A DNA stretch of 64,000 nt from positions 434,001-498,000 of the forward strand of contig OZ025668.1 in the NCBI GenBank assembly GCA_964019335.1, given 5' to 3'. The notes under the pieces are model-generated. The model had not been told where the DNA came from. It did no database searches and saw only the letters and a program-made list of their open reading frames with translations. Made by a program: the position numbers and the translations under genes. Positions 21,801-34,309 of this stretch are shown here, piece by piece (position 1 is the first letter of the stretch; each line of letters starts with the position of its first letter). This DNA comes from Diplonema japonicum (Eukaryota; Protista; Euglenozoa: Diplonemea).

Positions 21801-24800
21801 GCGAGGAGGAGCAGCTTGAGGGATAAGAAGCCTTCGACATCTGTTTTCGTTTCCAAGACAACGGTGGCGTTCACAGTTTCGTCTTCCGTAGCAGGCGGCT
21901 CGTTGCACCGCAGGACCAGCTTGGCGTCTGCCCGCCCTGTGTCATTGCCGGAGCCCGAGGGCGCCACGCGAATAAGCGAGTTCAGCCTCAAGGGACCGTC
22001 GTTCTCACCCTCAGCACCGACGTCCGGTCCTTCGAACACCCAGACGCTCCTCTGTACCACAGCAGTCACAGGCAGTCTATGCACGTTGGCCTCAGTGTAC
22101 GCGTTCTTCAATACGATCTCTGTCGAGATGCGTCCACGCTCGTCGTGCTCTATGAACGGAGGGCAGAAGACGCAGTGGAGAGTCACCTCAGACTCAGCAG
22201 GGATGGGGTACTGCCAAGGCCCTTCGGTGTCCCCCAGAATCTCTGTAGATGTGGCAAGGAGAGAGCAGCATCGGGTCATATGGGCCCCTGGGGGTGTCAA
22301 GGCGGGCACAAATGCAGATGGTGAGGAACCTGAGCACCGTTTGACACTCGCGGTGTGCCCTGAATGGCTAAATGGGATAGGTTTAGCCAGCCCAGGAAGC
22401 CGCATAGGGTCTACAGACTCAACGGGGAACCCGCACTGGAACGGCGTCTGGCACGGCTCGATGTACATGTTGGGAGGCAGCACCAGCATCATGTCTGTTT
22501 CGACTTGGCTAGTGTTCCGCACTTCCACGTTGAATGGGAACTTCTCCAGCTTGCTGATTTTCCCCAACTCCAAGCTGTGCGGTGTGCCGAACTCAATGTC
22601 CGAGCTGCATATTTCAATCAAGACCTTCACAAGCTGCGCCGCCCTGCCGTGTGAAAACGGCGTGCCCGACGAAATCCTGCTGTGGCTGATGGCCTTCTCG
22701 ACAAAGAAGCAAAGGTTGCAACTGATGGTCACCCTTTTATTTTCTCTGAGTTTCTTCTTGTCGGACGATGAGAGGTTAGAGTAGCATGGAACGCACCGGG
22801 CCTCAAGAAGCACGGTGGTGGAACGATCCTTCGGAAGGACGATGCAAGGGCCTGCGGAGGACCACAATACGCTTCGGCGGGCGTTGATGTTAGGTGGACT
22901 GGCAGCAGGGACTAATCGGTTAGCTTCAAAGTCCTCTGTTTTAATGCAAGCTGTGAGGCATGGAAGGTAGTTGCCTTGAGAGTCGTAGCCGTGGAGGTCG
23001 CACTTTGGCAGCATCCACAGTTCAGTTCCTGATTTATTCTCCATTTTGAACTCGACTCTCTTCTGTGCTAAATTGTTCACAAACACATAGTTTGTTTCCA
23101 CACCGCTGATTGCCTTCTCCGATAATGTTACTGTTCTCACAGGCAGCGGGAGCACCAAGCTTCCTGATCTTGAAAGCAACGATGTTTTGATGCACTGGTC
23201 GTCGACGAACAGCAACAACGTCCTCTTAATCTGCACCTGGCTCGAGCTCCTGTTCTTGAACGTTATGCTCTCCTGGATCAACCCCGACCCATGAGGCATC
23301 AGTGTGTAGCCCACCTCCACGACACCGTTGGGCTCGATGAACCCCTCGAAGTTGTCCACACGCAAGATCGCATCGTTCGTGGAAAGGGAGTACTCCAAGG
23401 CCAGCTCCTGATTCATGTTCTGAAGCATGAAGACGCCTTTGATAGGCAGGTATTTGTTCCTTTTATCCTTCTTGCACGTTCCCAAATCGACAATTGGACT
23501 GCCGTGGACCTTCAAAGGGACGCAACCCACGGTGCATGTGAACGGTATGTCTTTACGCCAGCTCCCCGTCTCCGATGAGATCATAACGGCGCCCTTTAAC
23601 CTTCGGCAGATGCCTCTTGCAGCTTTTTCTCGTTCGAGACGGGGGTACATAGCGATGTAGATGGGGGTTGTGGATTTCTTGGTGAGGTGGAGGGTTTTGA
23701 TCTCCTGGCCGGGCTCGGCCTTGCTGAGGTCTTTGTAGATACCGCACTGTGCCGCGTGTGTGGAGCTGAGCTTGACGTCGAAGTCAGTGTCTAACTCATT
23801 GTGGATGGACACACGAAGGAATTTTTTCGCCTGCTCTTTAGACCCAAAGCGGTCGACAGGCTGTTTTGTGGCCAAGTACACAGTTTCGAAGTCGAGGCAG
23901 GCAGGGGATGTAGCAATAGGTGCGACCTCAATACCACAGACATTCAGCATGACAGTGGTGACAGATTTATCGAACAGGTTCCGGATATCAAGGAGGTACT
24001 TCTGCAGCTTCCCGCACATTGGTGTCACAGAGATGGTCACCTTTACAGGTTGTGACGGTGTTACAACACCGTTCTTCGGCTCGATTTCCACCTTCGCGTC
24101 CTTTGACCCCGACCCGCCTACACGCTTGTTCTGCAAGATAACGTACCCCGCCTGCCCGTTGTGTGCCGACAGTGTGATCACCTTCGACGCTGACGTGCCT
24201 ATGTTCAGCTTCCCAAAGTCGATTTCCTCTGTGTTTACGCTGAGCTCGCCGATCTCTTTCGGGGGGTGTTCCTTGTTCCGTGGGGCCCGTCTGTCCTCAC
24301 GTTCCATTGGATCGCAGTCTTCCGTGGGGCGGTACCCATTCGTGTTGCTCTTCATGTACGCCTCAAGGTTGTCAACGATCCTGAAGGTCGTCTTCACGGT
24401 GGAGTGTGCTTCTTTGTCGCGTGCTTCTGAGATGCTGAAGTCCAGGTTCACGACTTTGTTGAGCTTTTCATGGGTCAGTTTCTTTATGTAGATGGTAACC
24501 CCCACACTGATGGTTCCACCGTGTGGAACAGGTCGTGTCACGAACCTGCCCTTGCCACTGCTGTCGACAAGGGCTCTGTCCTTCTTGTTGTCGTCGTCGC
24601 TCGATGACACGCTGCCGCCATCGTCGGAGGTGTCGTCGTTGGTTCCGCCGCTTACGAGCATTTCCTTTAGCCGTGCTAGTTTTTTCTCTGCTCGAGCGAC
24701 TTTGTCTTCGTTTTTTTTCCGCATGTGCCCTTTGATCTTCTGCTCCAACGCCTCGATCTCTTCCTCCAAGTTCCGCGAGCTAGCCTGCGCCTTGACCGTC

Positions 24801-27556
24801 TCGACATCGAAGTCCACCGTCATCTGGATGTCCTCCAGGTTGAGGGGCGTCGCCGACGACGGGCTGATCACGTACTCCCTTTTGCTCTTCCCGATGTTGA
24901 TGAGCGTGAACTTCGTCCGCACTGTGTCTTTGCACCGGAAGTACGACGCGTGCATCCCGGTGTCCCCTAGAAGCACCGTCCCTGCGTCGATAGCCATCGG
25001 CTTCACCTCAAAAGTTGCCGTCTTCGACACGTTGGCTTTGAGGATGAGAATCTTCTGCGTTGCAGGATCAAGCAGGTTTGAAAATGTGAGCCGTTCATTG
25101 AACTTCCCTCTCATGGAGGGGTGGAACTGAAGCTCGAGGGGTCTGTTTGCGAAGGGGCGTACAAGCCCGACATATTTTTGATCCTTCGTGCCTTCTATTC
25201 TGAGCTGCGTCGAGTGAAGACTGCTGCTGTCTTTGACCACTTCGAACAGCAAGGGCTGGCGGCTGGCGTTGGAGAGGAATATCATGCAGGAGTTCCGTTC
25301 GCCGACGATGACCTGCCCGAGGTTGAGGTTGCGCTGCCCGATGTCAAGGCCCGTTTCGTGTATTTGAAGCACAATAGGAATCTCACGCTCACCAGCACCG
25401 GGTAGGTTCTTGACGGATATTTTAATGCTTTCTTCGCGCGTGGAGCGCTTCCCACTCATACGGACGAGGACGTAGCATATGGCTTCGCTTTCAGGCTGGC
25501 CTTCAGGCGCAAGCGTGACGTCTTCAATGGGCATGAGCTCCTTGGTGGATAACGCTTCGTCAAGTCTTTGTTTCAGTTTGAGAACGTTGGCTACGTAAGC
25601 ACGTTCTTCCTTAGGCTCCCTTTCGGGGAAGGTTTTAAGGTACCCATCGTTGTCGAACTCACGTAACAAGCGGGATTTTGATAGAGAATCGGATGCCACG
25701 TACACACCCATCGACTGCGGGCGGGAGGTTCCCAGTGAAAGAACCAATTCCTGGTCCTGTTTATTTTTAAGACGGAAGGCTCGGAGGGTGGGGAACCCAG
25801 GTGTGACTTCAACGGTGAGTTCTGTTTGGCGTGATGAGCCCTCTTCTTTGTCGCGCTTCTTGTTTAGCAGCGTGAGGGAGTAGTATTGAGCGTGTGTGCT
25901 GGTCATTGAGTCGATATTGTTGGACGATAGGTTGATGATGGACAGGTCCTTCGGGTTGTGGATGTTTCGCAAGTAAACCTGCTTGCAGAACGAAGGGTTC
26001 ACCTTGTGGGGTACGATTTGAAACTCCAACGAGATCGCGGAGCTTTCTTTAATAACAACCTCATTCCCGCTGACGGCTTTCATGATCTTTGAATCGTACT
26101 CAATACGCATCTCGGCTGGCATCTGTGTGGGGTTCTCGATGGTTACCTGGCAGGACGCCGTCGCTCCGACAAGCGAGTCACCGAAATCGATCTCTTTCTC
26201 TTTGACCTCGACACGTGAGGTGCAGACTTTCGCACGGCAGGATATCCCTTTTGAGTTTTTTTTGACGCCTTCTGCAGGGACTTGTTCGCCGTCTTTTAAA
26301 ACGGAACTCCTGACGAAAAGTCTGAACCGGACAGGCTGTAACTTGTCGCCAGGACGCCTGCCTGTAATTTTTCGTTTGTCATGCGTCAGGTCTGGTGTGT
26401 AACACACGGCGAGCTTTTCGGACATCCCGGGTTTTAAAAAAACCTCGCACAGTTCGTCCCGGTGCTGTTCTTTGAGATGGTGTTGTTCATCGTGAACACG
26501 TACTCCGAGCTTTCCTTTGACGCGATCACGAGTGTCGTTGGAGTCGTGGTCGAACTGAATGAGCACGGGGTGGATCGACAGGTTTGTGACCGTCATAATC
26601 TGGCTGGTTTCCTCCCCCGCATAACAGTTCCCGAAGTCCACGAAATTCTCGCCCGAAGGAAGCGATATATCCGTGAAAGGCTTGCTAGGAGAGGTTGAGT
26701 GCGCGATGGTCCCGCAGATCAAAACTGTGTGTGTTGTCTGGTCCGATCTGTTCTCAATACGAAGCTGCATGTCGTGATCGCCCGACGTGTCCGGCTTGGC
26801 AACCACAGAGACTTGTATTCTCTTGAAGTCATGAGCGCCGACTGTGATCTCCTTGTCCACAAGATTCTCGTTTTGATCGTAATCATGAACAATACACACC
26901 AATCCACCGCTCCCCCTTGACACACGGAGCACAATGTCTAATGGGATAACTGAGTTGTTGCTTATTGTTAATTCTTGTATTTGCGTGTTTGCCTCGTTTG
27001 GGACACTTGTGATCAAACCGAAATCGAGTTCTGTTGCGGAGACTTCTAATATCGGTATGCAGCATCTGCATATGAATTTCAGTTTTGTTTTTTGCGTTCG
27101 GCCGTCTTCGGTGCGGGCTTGGAGCAGTATCTCCCCGACATCTTGGTACTCCAGAGCTTCCAAGGGTCCCTGGTGGGGTTTTCTCGGCTGTTCTGTCGGC
27201 CTGTAAGAGATTACGACGCAGACAGGCTTTTGAGGAGGGATCTCAACAGCTTTAATGAGGTTTACGTAATTGAAAACCTGGTTGAAATTGTGCTTCTGGA
27301 CAGGGTTTTCCGTGGTGTCTCTGAAATTCTCATTTGAATGCTGGAACCCTAACGTAGGCACAGTACTCGTCAGATCCAGCCTGACAGGCACGTCCGTCTT
27401 GTTCAAAACTTCACAGTATGAAAATTCATGTTTATTACTCACCAAAACATGCCCCAAATCGACTGTGTCGCCCGACAGCACTTCAAGCAACGGTTCAGCT
27501 TCCATTCGTGAAGATCCCGAGCTTGGGGTCACCGGGGTGGTACTTTGTTCACTCAT
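18891..27556 (-). CDS. Very large (~2850 aa) protein with repeated Ig-like ASH/PapD-type domains, 5 exons
   Basis: Recurrent (L/I)DFG...I.N motifs. Introns at 19628-19681, 19486-19541, 19218-19269 and 18985-19040 give a continuous frame to the stop at 18891. Confidence 0.8.
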
Positions 27557-27565
27557 TTAGTTTTC

Positions 27566-27599
<34 letters not shown>

Positions 27600-27882
27600 C
27601 TCTCTAACTTCTCTTCCCCGTTATGTCTTTACCCCTCCCCTTTTTTTTCTTTTCTCTTCTTGTGGGTTTTTTTTTTTTAAAGTATTTTTTTTTTAAAAAA
27701 GTTTTTTGTGTTGTATTTTATTGCATTTCCACAACACCTCCCCCCTCCCCCCCCCCCCTCCCACCCTCCCTTTTTCACCTTCGACCTGTGGATGTTTTAT
27801 TTCTCCCCCATTTTTTTCAGTTTTGAAAAATTAAAACGTGAAAAAAGGGGGGGGGGGGGTAAAATCAAAATAAAAGTGTAAA

Positions 27883-27995
27883 GAGGAACTGGCCGTTGTT
27901 TGTACGTGCCGGGTAAAACCTGGAGAAGTTTGTCAACCCGAAACACGTTGCCAACGTTCCCCTTTTGTTTAGACAAGTCAAAGACTCGTTCTTGC
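27883..27995. repeat. Dispersed repeat family B copy
   Basis: Near-identical to 39851-40029 without the 68-bp extra segment; a partial copy lies at 28602-28637. Confidence 0.9.
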
Positions 27996-28803
27996 AAAAA
28001 AAAGGGGGTATGGGTTAAGTGTAAAAAAAATGGGGGGGACAGGGGGGAAGAAAAAGAAAAAGGGGCGAAGGAGATTAAGTGGAAATGGAAAAATAAAAAA
28101 TAAAACATGGGGGATGGGAGTGAAGAGGGGGGGGGGGGGGGGGGTAGAAAGAAGAGAAAGATGAAAACAAAAGAGTGTAACTTCTTTTCTTTTTCATCTC
28201 TCTTTTTTTTCCTTCTTCACAAGCTTTTCTTTTTTTAAAGGCCAGAATGGAAGGGAAAAAAAAAACTTTTCCTGGCGCTCGTTCAGTTATGCACTGGGGG
28301 TCTAGCAGATTTCATTGAATTGCGCTGAGTTCAAGGCAAAACAAAATCTAACAACTGCTTTCGTCTTTAGTAATTTGTAGTTGGTGGTTGGACTATGATA
28401 TTGTTAATACAAAAAAAAAGTAAAAGGGGCGGGGGAAAGGAAGAAGGAAAAAAAAAGTTTTTCTCTCTCTCTTTTTTTTTTTTTTTTTTTTTTTTTTCGG
28501 AGCCCCCTTTTTTTTTGAAAGAATTTTTAGTGTAAGAAAAAGATGGACTCTGCTGAGAGGAAAGAAAGAGGGGGGGGGGGGGGGGGGGGGGTGAGGCTTC
28601 ACCTTTTTGTTTAGACAGTCAAAGACTTGTTCTTGCATTTAAAAAAAGGGGGCGGGATACAGAAAGTTTGTTTCTTCATTCTTTTTTTTTTTTTTTTAAA
28701 GGTTTCTCATGTCTTCTTTTTTTTTTCTTTTGGTTTCCCCTTTCCATTCCAAGTACCCCAAAAAAAAAAAAGAGAAAAACAAAAATAGAAAAAAAAATAG
28801 CAA

Positions 28804-28834
<31 letters not shown>

Positions 28835-30248
28835 GAAAAGAAAATGGCACAGAAAAAAAAAAAGAAGGGAAAAAACATGAAGAGAGGAGTATGAGAAAAA
28901 AAAAAAAAGGTGAGAGGGAATTATAAAAGAAGTTCTCATTTTTCTTGTTTGTTTCCTTCTTTTTTTTTGTTTCCCTTGTAAAAGTCAAGCAATAAAGGGA
29001 GGAAGAAAAATAACAAAGAAATGAATGCTCACAAAGATCTGCCAGCACACAAATTAAAAAAAAAGGGGGGGGGAAGAGAGAGAGAAAAAAAAGAAACAAT
29101 AAGCAGCCACAAAATCTTACGCGGCTTAGAGAAGTACTTAAGGAGTTTGGTTTACCTGAGAGAGTCCCCTTTATTTATTTTTTATTTTTTTTTAAAAGAA
29201 AAGTTCAAAGAAAGAAAGACAGAAGTCTTCTCTTTTTTTTTTCTCCAATTTTTTTGAAGTTTGAATTAGGGGGGGGGGATAAAATAAAATGAAAATGAAA
29301 AAATAACATGGCAGCCGGATTTAAAAAAGAAAATAGGGGGGGGGGAAGGGTGCCACAAAAAAGAAAGAAAAAGAAATATAATATAATAGATAAAGGAGGC
29401 CAGTGTTGATGGCGCTCTTGAAGAAAGGAAAAAAAAAATAGAAGCACTAAGCTGAAGCCAGAACTTTTTCTGGGAATAAACGGAAAGAAAGAAACAAAAT
29501 ATAAATAAAACTACTTCTCTGGCGTCCGTTTTTTCGCTCAACCTTTCTTCTTTTTTCTTTTTCGATTTTTTTTTTTTTTTTGAACCACCCTGCTCGAAAT
29601 AGCTTTAAATACTGACGATATAAAAATTGTTTCCTTCTTTCCTCCCCTCCTTCCCAATTTCTTCCTGTTTTTTTGCTTTTCCTTCTGGCTTCTTTCGAGG
29701 GAGAAAAAAAAAAAAAAAAAAAAAAAAGCACACTTAGGTAGCAACAGAAGTTGCTAAAAAACAGCTTTTCTTCCTTTTGTTTCCTCTCCCCCCTATTCTT
29801 TTTTTTTCTTCTTTTTGTTTTGGTGTGTGTGCCTTTATTCTTAATAAAAAAATAACTAAAATAGCAAGTTCAATTCCCCATCACTTAGTTTCCCCCCTAA
29901 TAAAGTGTGTTTTTTTTTGACTTAATTCCCTTGAAGTAAAAAAAAAGAAAAAAAATGGCGGAAAAAATAAAATAGAACAGAAATAGAGAGACAGGGAAAT
30001 AAAAGGAACAAGGGTGTGCTTCAAAACAAATGAAAACGTTAGCGTCCCAGTGGGGGGACAGGGGAACAGGACCTGCTTCTTCTTTTTTTTTTTAATTTGT
30101 GTGCTGGTTTAGAAAGCCTGTAGGAGTTTAACCCATATTTCTTTTCTTTTGACAAAGCCATGCAGAAGTGAGAACACGAAGGGGCAGGAAGGGAAGTGAA
30201 ACAGCTCCTTCTTCTTTTTTTTCTTTTTTTTTTTTTCCTTCTTCTCCC

Positions 30249-30287
<39 letters not shown>

Positions 30288-30578
30288 AATAAGGGTTAAT
30301 AACTCTAAAAGGAAAATAAAAATGAAAAAAGCAGACATAAAGGGGGGAATGCATGGTATTTCGCAACCACATTAGGTACCCAGTGGTCAACAGGGAAGAG
30401 GGGGAAAGTGGTGTCACATTTCTGGATTGCATACAGCACAAAGCGGCACGGAGGGAACCAGGAAGCGAACCTTCTCCAGGCTGCAACATATAGATAGGTG
30501 CTGGGGAAGATTATTAGGGCTTTTTCTTTTTCTTTTTTCTTCTTTTTCTTTTTTCTCCAAAGAGGACACCCCCAGAGG

Positions 30579-30616
<38 letters not shown>

Positions 30617-30817
30617 GGAGATTAACGAGGGGTAAGAGAGAGAGGGAAAAAAAAACACAAAAAAAAACACTTTTTTTTTAACGGGGTCTAGAGAAATAAA
30701 AGAAAAAAAAAGAACAAAGAAAATTTAACTTCATCTTCTGTTTTCTTTCCCCCCTTTTTTTTTATTCTTCTCTTTTTTTCCCCCTCCTTTAGCAGTGTTA
30801 TCATTTAAATAAAGAGT

Positions 30818-30977
30818 GTTCATATCTCTAAAACCCGTTTAGCACCCCTTTGTGTTCGGGGGGGGGGGGGGGGGGGGAAGGAACACTGAATTTTGCTATG
30901 TTTCAAAAGAATCTTCGAAAAGGTTGAGATTTTCCCAAAAAGTTCAAAATTCTATTCTGGTTTTAGAGATATGGAAC
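30818..30977. mobile_element. MITE-like element, family D
   Basis: Inverted termini gttcatatctctaaaacc / ggttttagagatatggaac; the same terminal motif bounds 36467-36837. Confidence 0.6.
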
Positions 30978-31357
30978 GTCAGAAAATAAAAAAAAAAAAT
31001 ACGGGGGGGGAAAAAATGGGACAAGAGAGGCAGAATAAGAAGGTTATTATTAGTAGAATAGGGAAAGGAGTTTTACCCCCTTTTTATCGTTGTCCCTTTA
31101 ACACCCATCACGTGTTTCGGCACCCCAGCTCATGTTCTGTTTCTTAACGAATGAGCATGCTTGCTGACTGTTCATCACATTAGAAACAGTGGTTTGCACC
31201 TTTTTTTTTTTTTTTTAAAAAAAAGTTTTTCCAAAAGAAAATACCTGATGAGGGTATTCCACCCTGTGGTGGCGGGGATTCATCGCTACGGTTTGAGGGC
31301 TTTGCATCTTTTTTTTTTTTTTTTTTTTTAAAGTTTCTTTGAATAGTTGTTTTCCCC

Positions 31358-33093
31358 TCACACCTTTGTAATAATAGGAGATGAAGGAGCTGGAGCAGGT
31401 CCGGTGGACAAACATCCTTGCTTCTCAAGCCTTGTAACAAAATGTTTCCCGAAGGGCGCCCTTCTCAGGTAGTGGACGTTGGGCTTCAGATGCTCCACGA
31501 CAAGAGCCTTTTGCTTCTCATCGCAGAGGTCGAAGATCTTCTGCATCACGTAGTTCCCGTACTGGTCCATGACAGCACCCACAAGACCAGAGACACCATC
31601 TTCTCTCTGGTGCATTGTGAGTTCCTCGAGGAGGGAGATCCTCACCGCAGGCGATGCATACTCAAACATCTTCTCTACCACGTTGGAAGCAAACTTATGA
31701 GTGCTGAGCACTGTGTAGTACCCCCTGAGCTTCGAGGTGATGGCGTACTGGTACTGAGGGTGCCCGTTGATTATAACATGCTGCACTACATAGTTCCCGT
31801 ACTGGTCTGTCACCAGGGACTGCACTGACTGAAGGATTTCTTCCAGGATTGGTACGATCTCCTTGTGGTTCTTGCAGTACTCCAGAATTCTTTGCACGCA
31901 CCTGCAACCGTAAGCATGGGTTGCGAAGGCCGCGACCCTCCCCACGAAGGCCTTCACGATGAAGCCCACCTTGTCGCTCATCACCTCGATGCACTTCTGG
32001 ATGACGTGGTTCCCGTTCTGGTCCTGCACGCACCTTGGTACATGCCCGTCGACTTCCCTCACGATGTCCGCCCTTTCACTGTCCGTCATCACCTCCAACG
32101 CCTTCTGCACGATCCTGCACCCGTACGTCTGCAGCGTCAGCATCAGAGTGTTGCCCTTTTTTTTTCATTTATGTTTTTATATTCCCATACCCTCAAGCAG
32201 TCGACTAGCTCCTTGCGCATCCCAGGGGTCCCGTGTTCTAGCAGCTTCTGGATAACATAGTTCCCAAACACGTCCTGCATCAGCTGCAGTGCTACGGGGA
32301 TCACCTCCTTGAACACCAGCATGAGGTCTTCCGGGGAAGATTTCTCAAGCTTCCTTTGGATGAGCCTCGAGCCTTCCTGATCGGTTGTGAACTCCACCAC
32401 GTAGCCTTGCAGCTGCTTGAGCTCCCAGTTGCAAGTCGATGCCGTGGCGCGGTACTCCTCCATGAGCTTGGAACGGGTGCGAGAGGACCTTTTCCTGTTG
32501 TTAAGGGGAGCAGTAGGGATGGGGAGGACTTGTGGGACGCTGATGGGGACCTGAATAGGGGGCTCGTACTGAATGGGCTGCACTGAGGGGGAGTCGGGGA
32601 TGGCATCCTCGTAGTACGAAGGGTGGGCCGAGGGGTAGGCTGTCTGGGGAAGGGGAAGCGGCTGTTGCTGAGGCGAAGGGTAAGGGAACGTGGCAGGAGA
32701 GATGGGGCTCTGAACGGGTGTGGAAGGCTGCGATGTGTGGACTGTGGCGTAGTCAGTTACCGTCATTGGGCTCTCTGGCTGCTGGTACATGTTGAAGGGC
32801 ACGAAGGGGACAGCTTTGCTGTTCAGACCCGTGCGGGAATGCTCCGGTGTGTTTCTTCCATGACTACTGCACGTGCTTTCTTTGTCGTCCATTAGGGCAG
32901 GAAGTGCCCTCTCCTTCTGCACACTGTGCATGCCTAGCTTGTTTGACTCCACCTTGCCTGTCTGTATCTGGTTGTAGTACCACTTCGACTCAGTTACCTC
33001 TTTTGCCTGTTCATCAGTTTCCTCTATTTCCCAGTCCCCTCCCGTCAGAGACGGTGCGGAGCTGCTCCTCTTCATGGGCTTTCCAACGGCCAT
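31358..33093 (-). CDS. Pumilio/PUF RNA-binding protein, 2 exons (33093-32191, 32155-31358)
   Basis: Eight PUF repeats (SRLIQ, NYVIQ, CRIVQ, NHVIQ, CRCVQ, NYVVQ, SNVVE, NYVMQ) and a 35-nt GT-AG intron at 32156-32190. Confidence 0.95.
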
Positions 33094-33274
33094 TTCTTTT
33101 TTTTTTTTTAAAAAGGAAATAGAAAAATTCGGTTTAAAAACTCAACAGAGAGTGAGGGAGGGAAAGACGGAAATAGGGGTGGAAAAAAAAAGGGGGGGGA
33201 AAAAACTAGTAAATAGGGGGAACAATAAAAATTGTCCTGTGTTTGTGTGTGTTCTCCCCCCCCCCCCTTAAATA

Positions 33275-33493
33275 CTGTAAAACCGATAAAGTTCTCATGT
33301 GGTTTTGGTTTTTGGCCTTTCTCTTTTCCCCTTTCTTTGATCTTTTGACAATCCCTTGAAACTCACCTACCCACGGCCCCAGCCTAAATGCCTAAAAATT
33401 GATCAATACGACAAGATCCACTTCGATACGATAAGTACCCTAACCCTCAACCCGAAGGGCTCTCTTCCGCTCAAACTTTATCGGTTTTTACAG
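33275..33493. mobile_element. Tc1/mariner-type MITE (219 bp, TA TSD)
   Basis: ta-ctgtaaaaccgataaagtt ... aactttatcggtttttacag-ta: about 19-bp TIRs with TA on both sides. Confidence 0.8.
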
Positions 33494-34268
33494 TAAAAGA
33501 AAAAAAAAGAAGCGGGTCGCAAAAAGAAAAAGAAAAAGGTGAATAAAAAAATAGAAAATCATAGGGCTATTAGAAGGCTCCCTATCAGAGGGAAATTTTC
33601 TTTCCCTCTTTCGTTTTTTCTCTCTCTTTTTTTTTCACCATTGATCGCCATTTTCTCCCCCCCCCCCACAAATAAAAAAAGCACAAAAAACATGAAGGAA
33701 AGGATACAGGAAGCTACGGAGGGTTTTTTTTCTTTTTTTTTCTTTTTTTTTTTTTTTTTTTTCTTGAGCACAAAAGAGAATAACTCGACTGGATTTTTCT
33801 TTACTTTTTTTTATTCAAATGCCGATTTGAGCAGAAATGATAACTAGAACTTGTAATTTCTTTGCGCTGAGCAAGGAGCTATTTCCACCTTTATTTAGGA
33901 TTACATTCTTCTGCCCGGATTTTTCTTCGCTATAACGGAGAAAAAAAAACAAAAACTACAAGTCCATAATTACTATTTTTTTTATCTTTATTGCATTACA
34001 GTAATCTATTTTGCCTAAATCCAGGGGGAAAAAATGATCTTTCGAAGGGTAAGGAGCAATGAGGGGCCGCAGCTGCATGGCGAGGGGGAAAAAAAAAGGG
34101 GGGAAAAAAAAACATTTAATCTTCGTGTTTCTTTCACGCTCACCAGCTAGTCCAGCGGCTTTGGAGGAAAAAAAAAAAAAAAAAAAAGTAAAAAAATACC
34201 GTAATTTTTTTTTTCTTCAGAACCACAAAGCCGGGTTTAGAGGGGGGGGGCAATGGGGGGGAGGGGCG

Positions 34269-34307
<39 letters not shown>

Positions 34308-34309
<2 letters not shown>

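Noticed and set aside
21564-22784. Long + strand ORFs (also 6-503, 12213-12893, 23760-25130, 34059-35066, 38021-38812)
   Set aside because: Antisense shadows of well-supported - strand genes, with no motifs.
28393-31147. Many Lys- or Phe-rich short ORFs
   Set aside because: Translations of poly(A)/poly(T) tracts.
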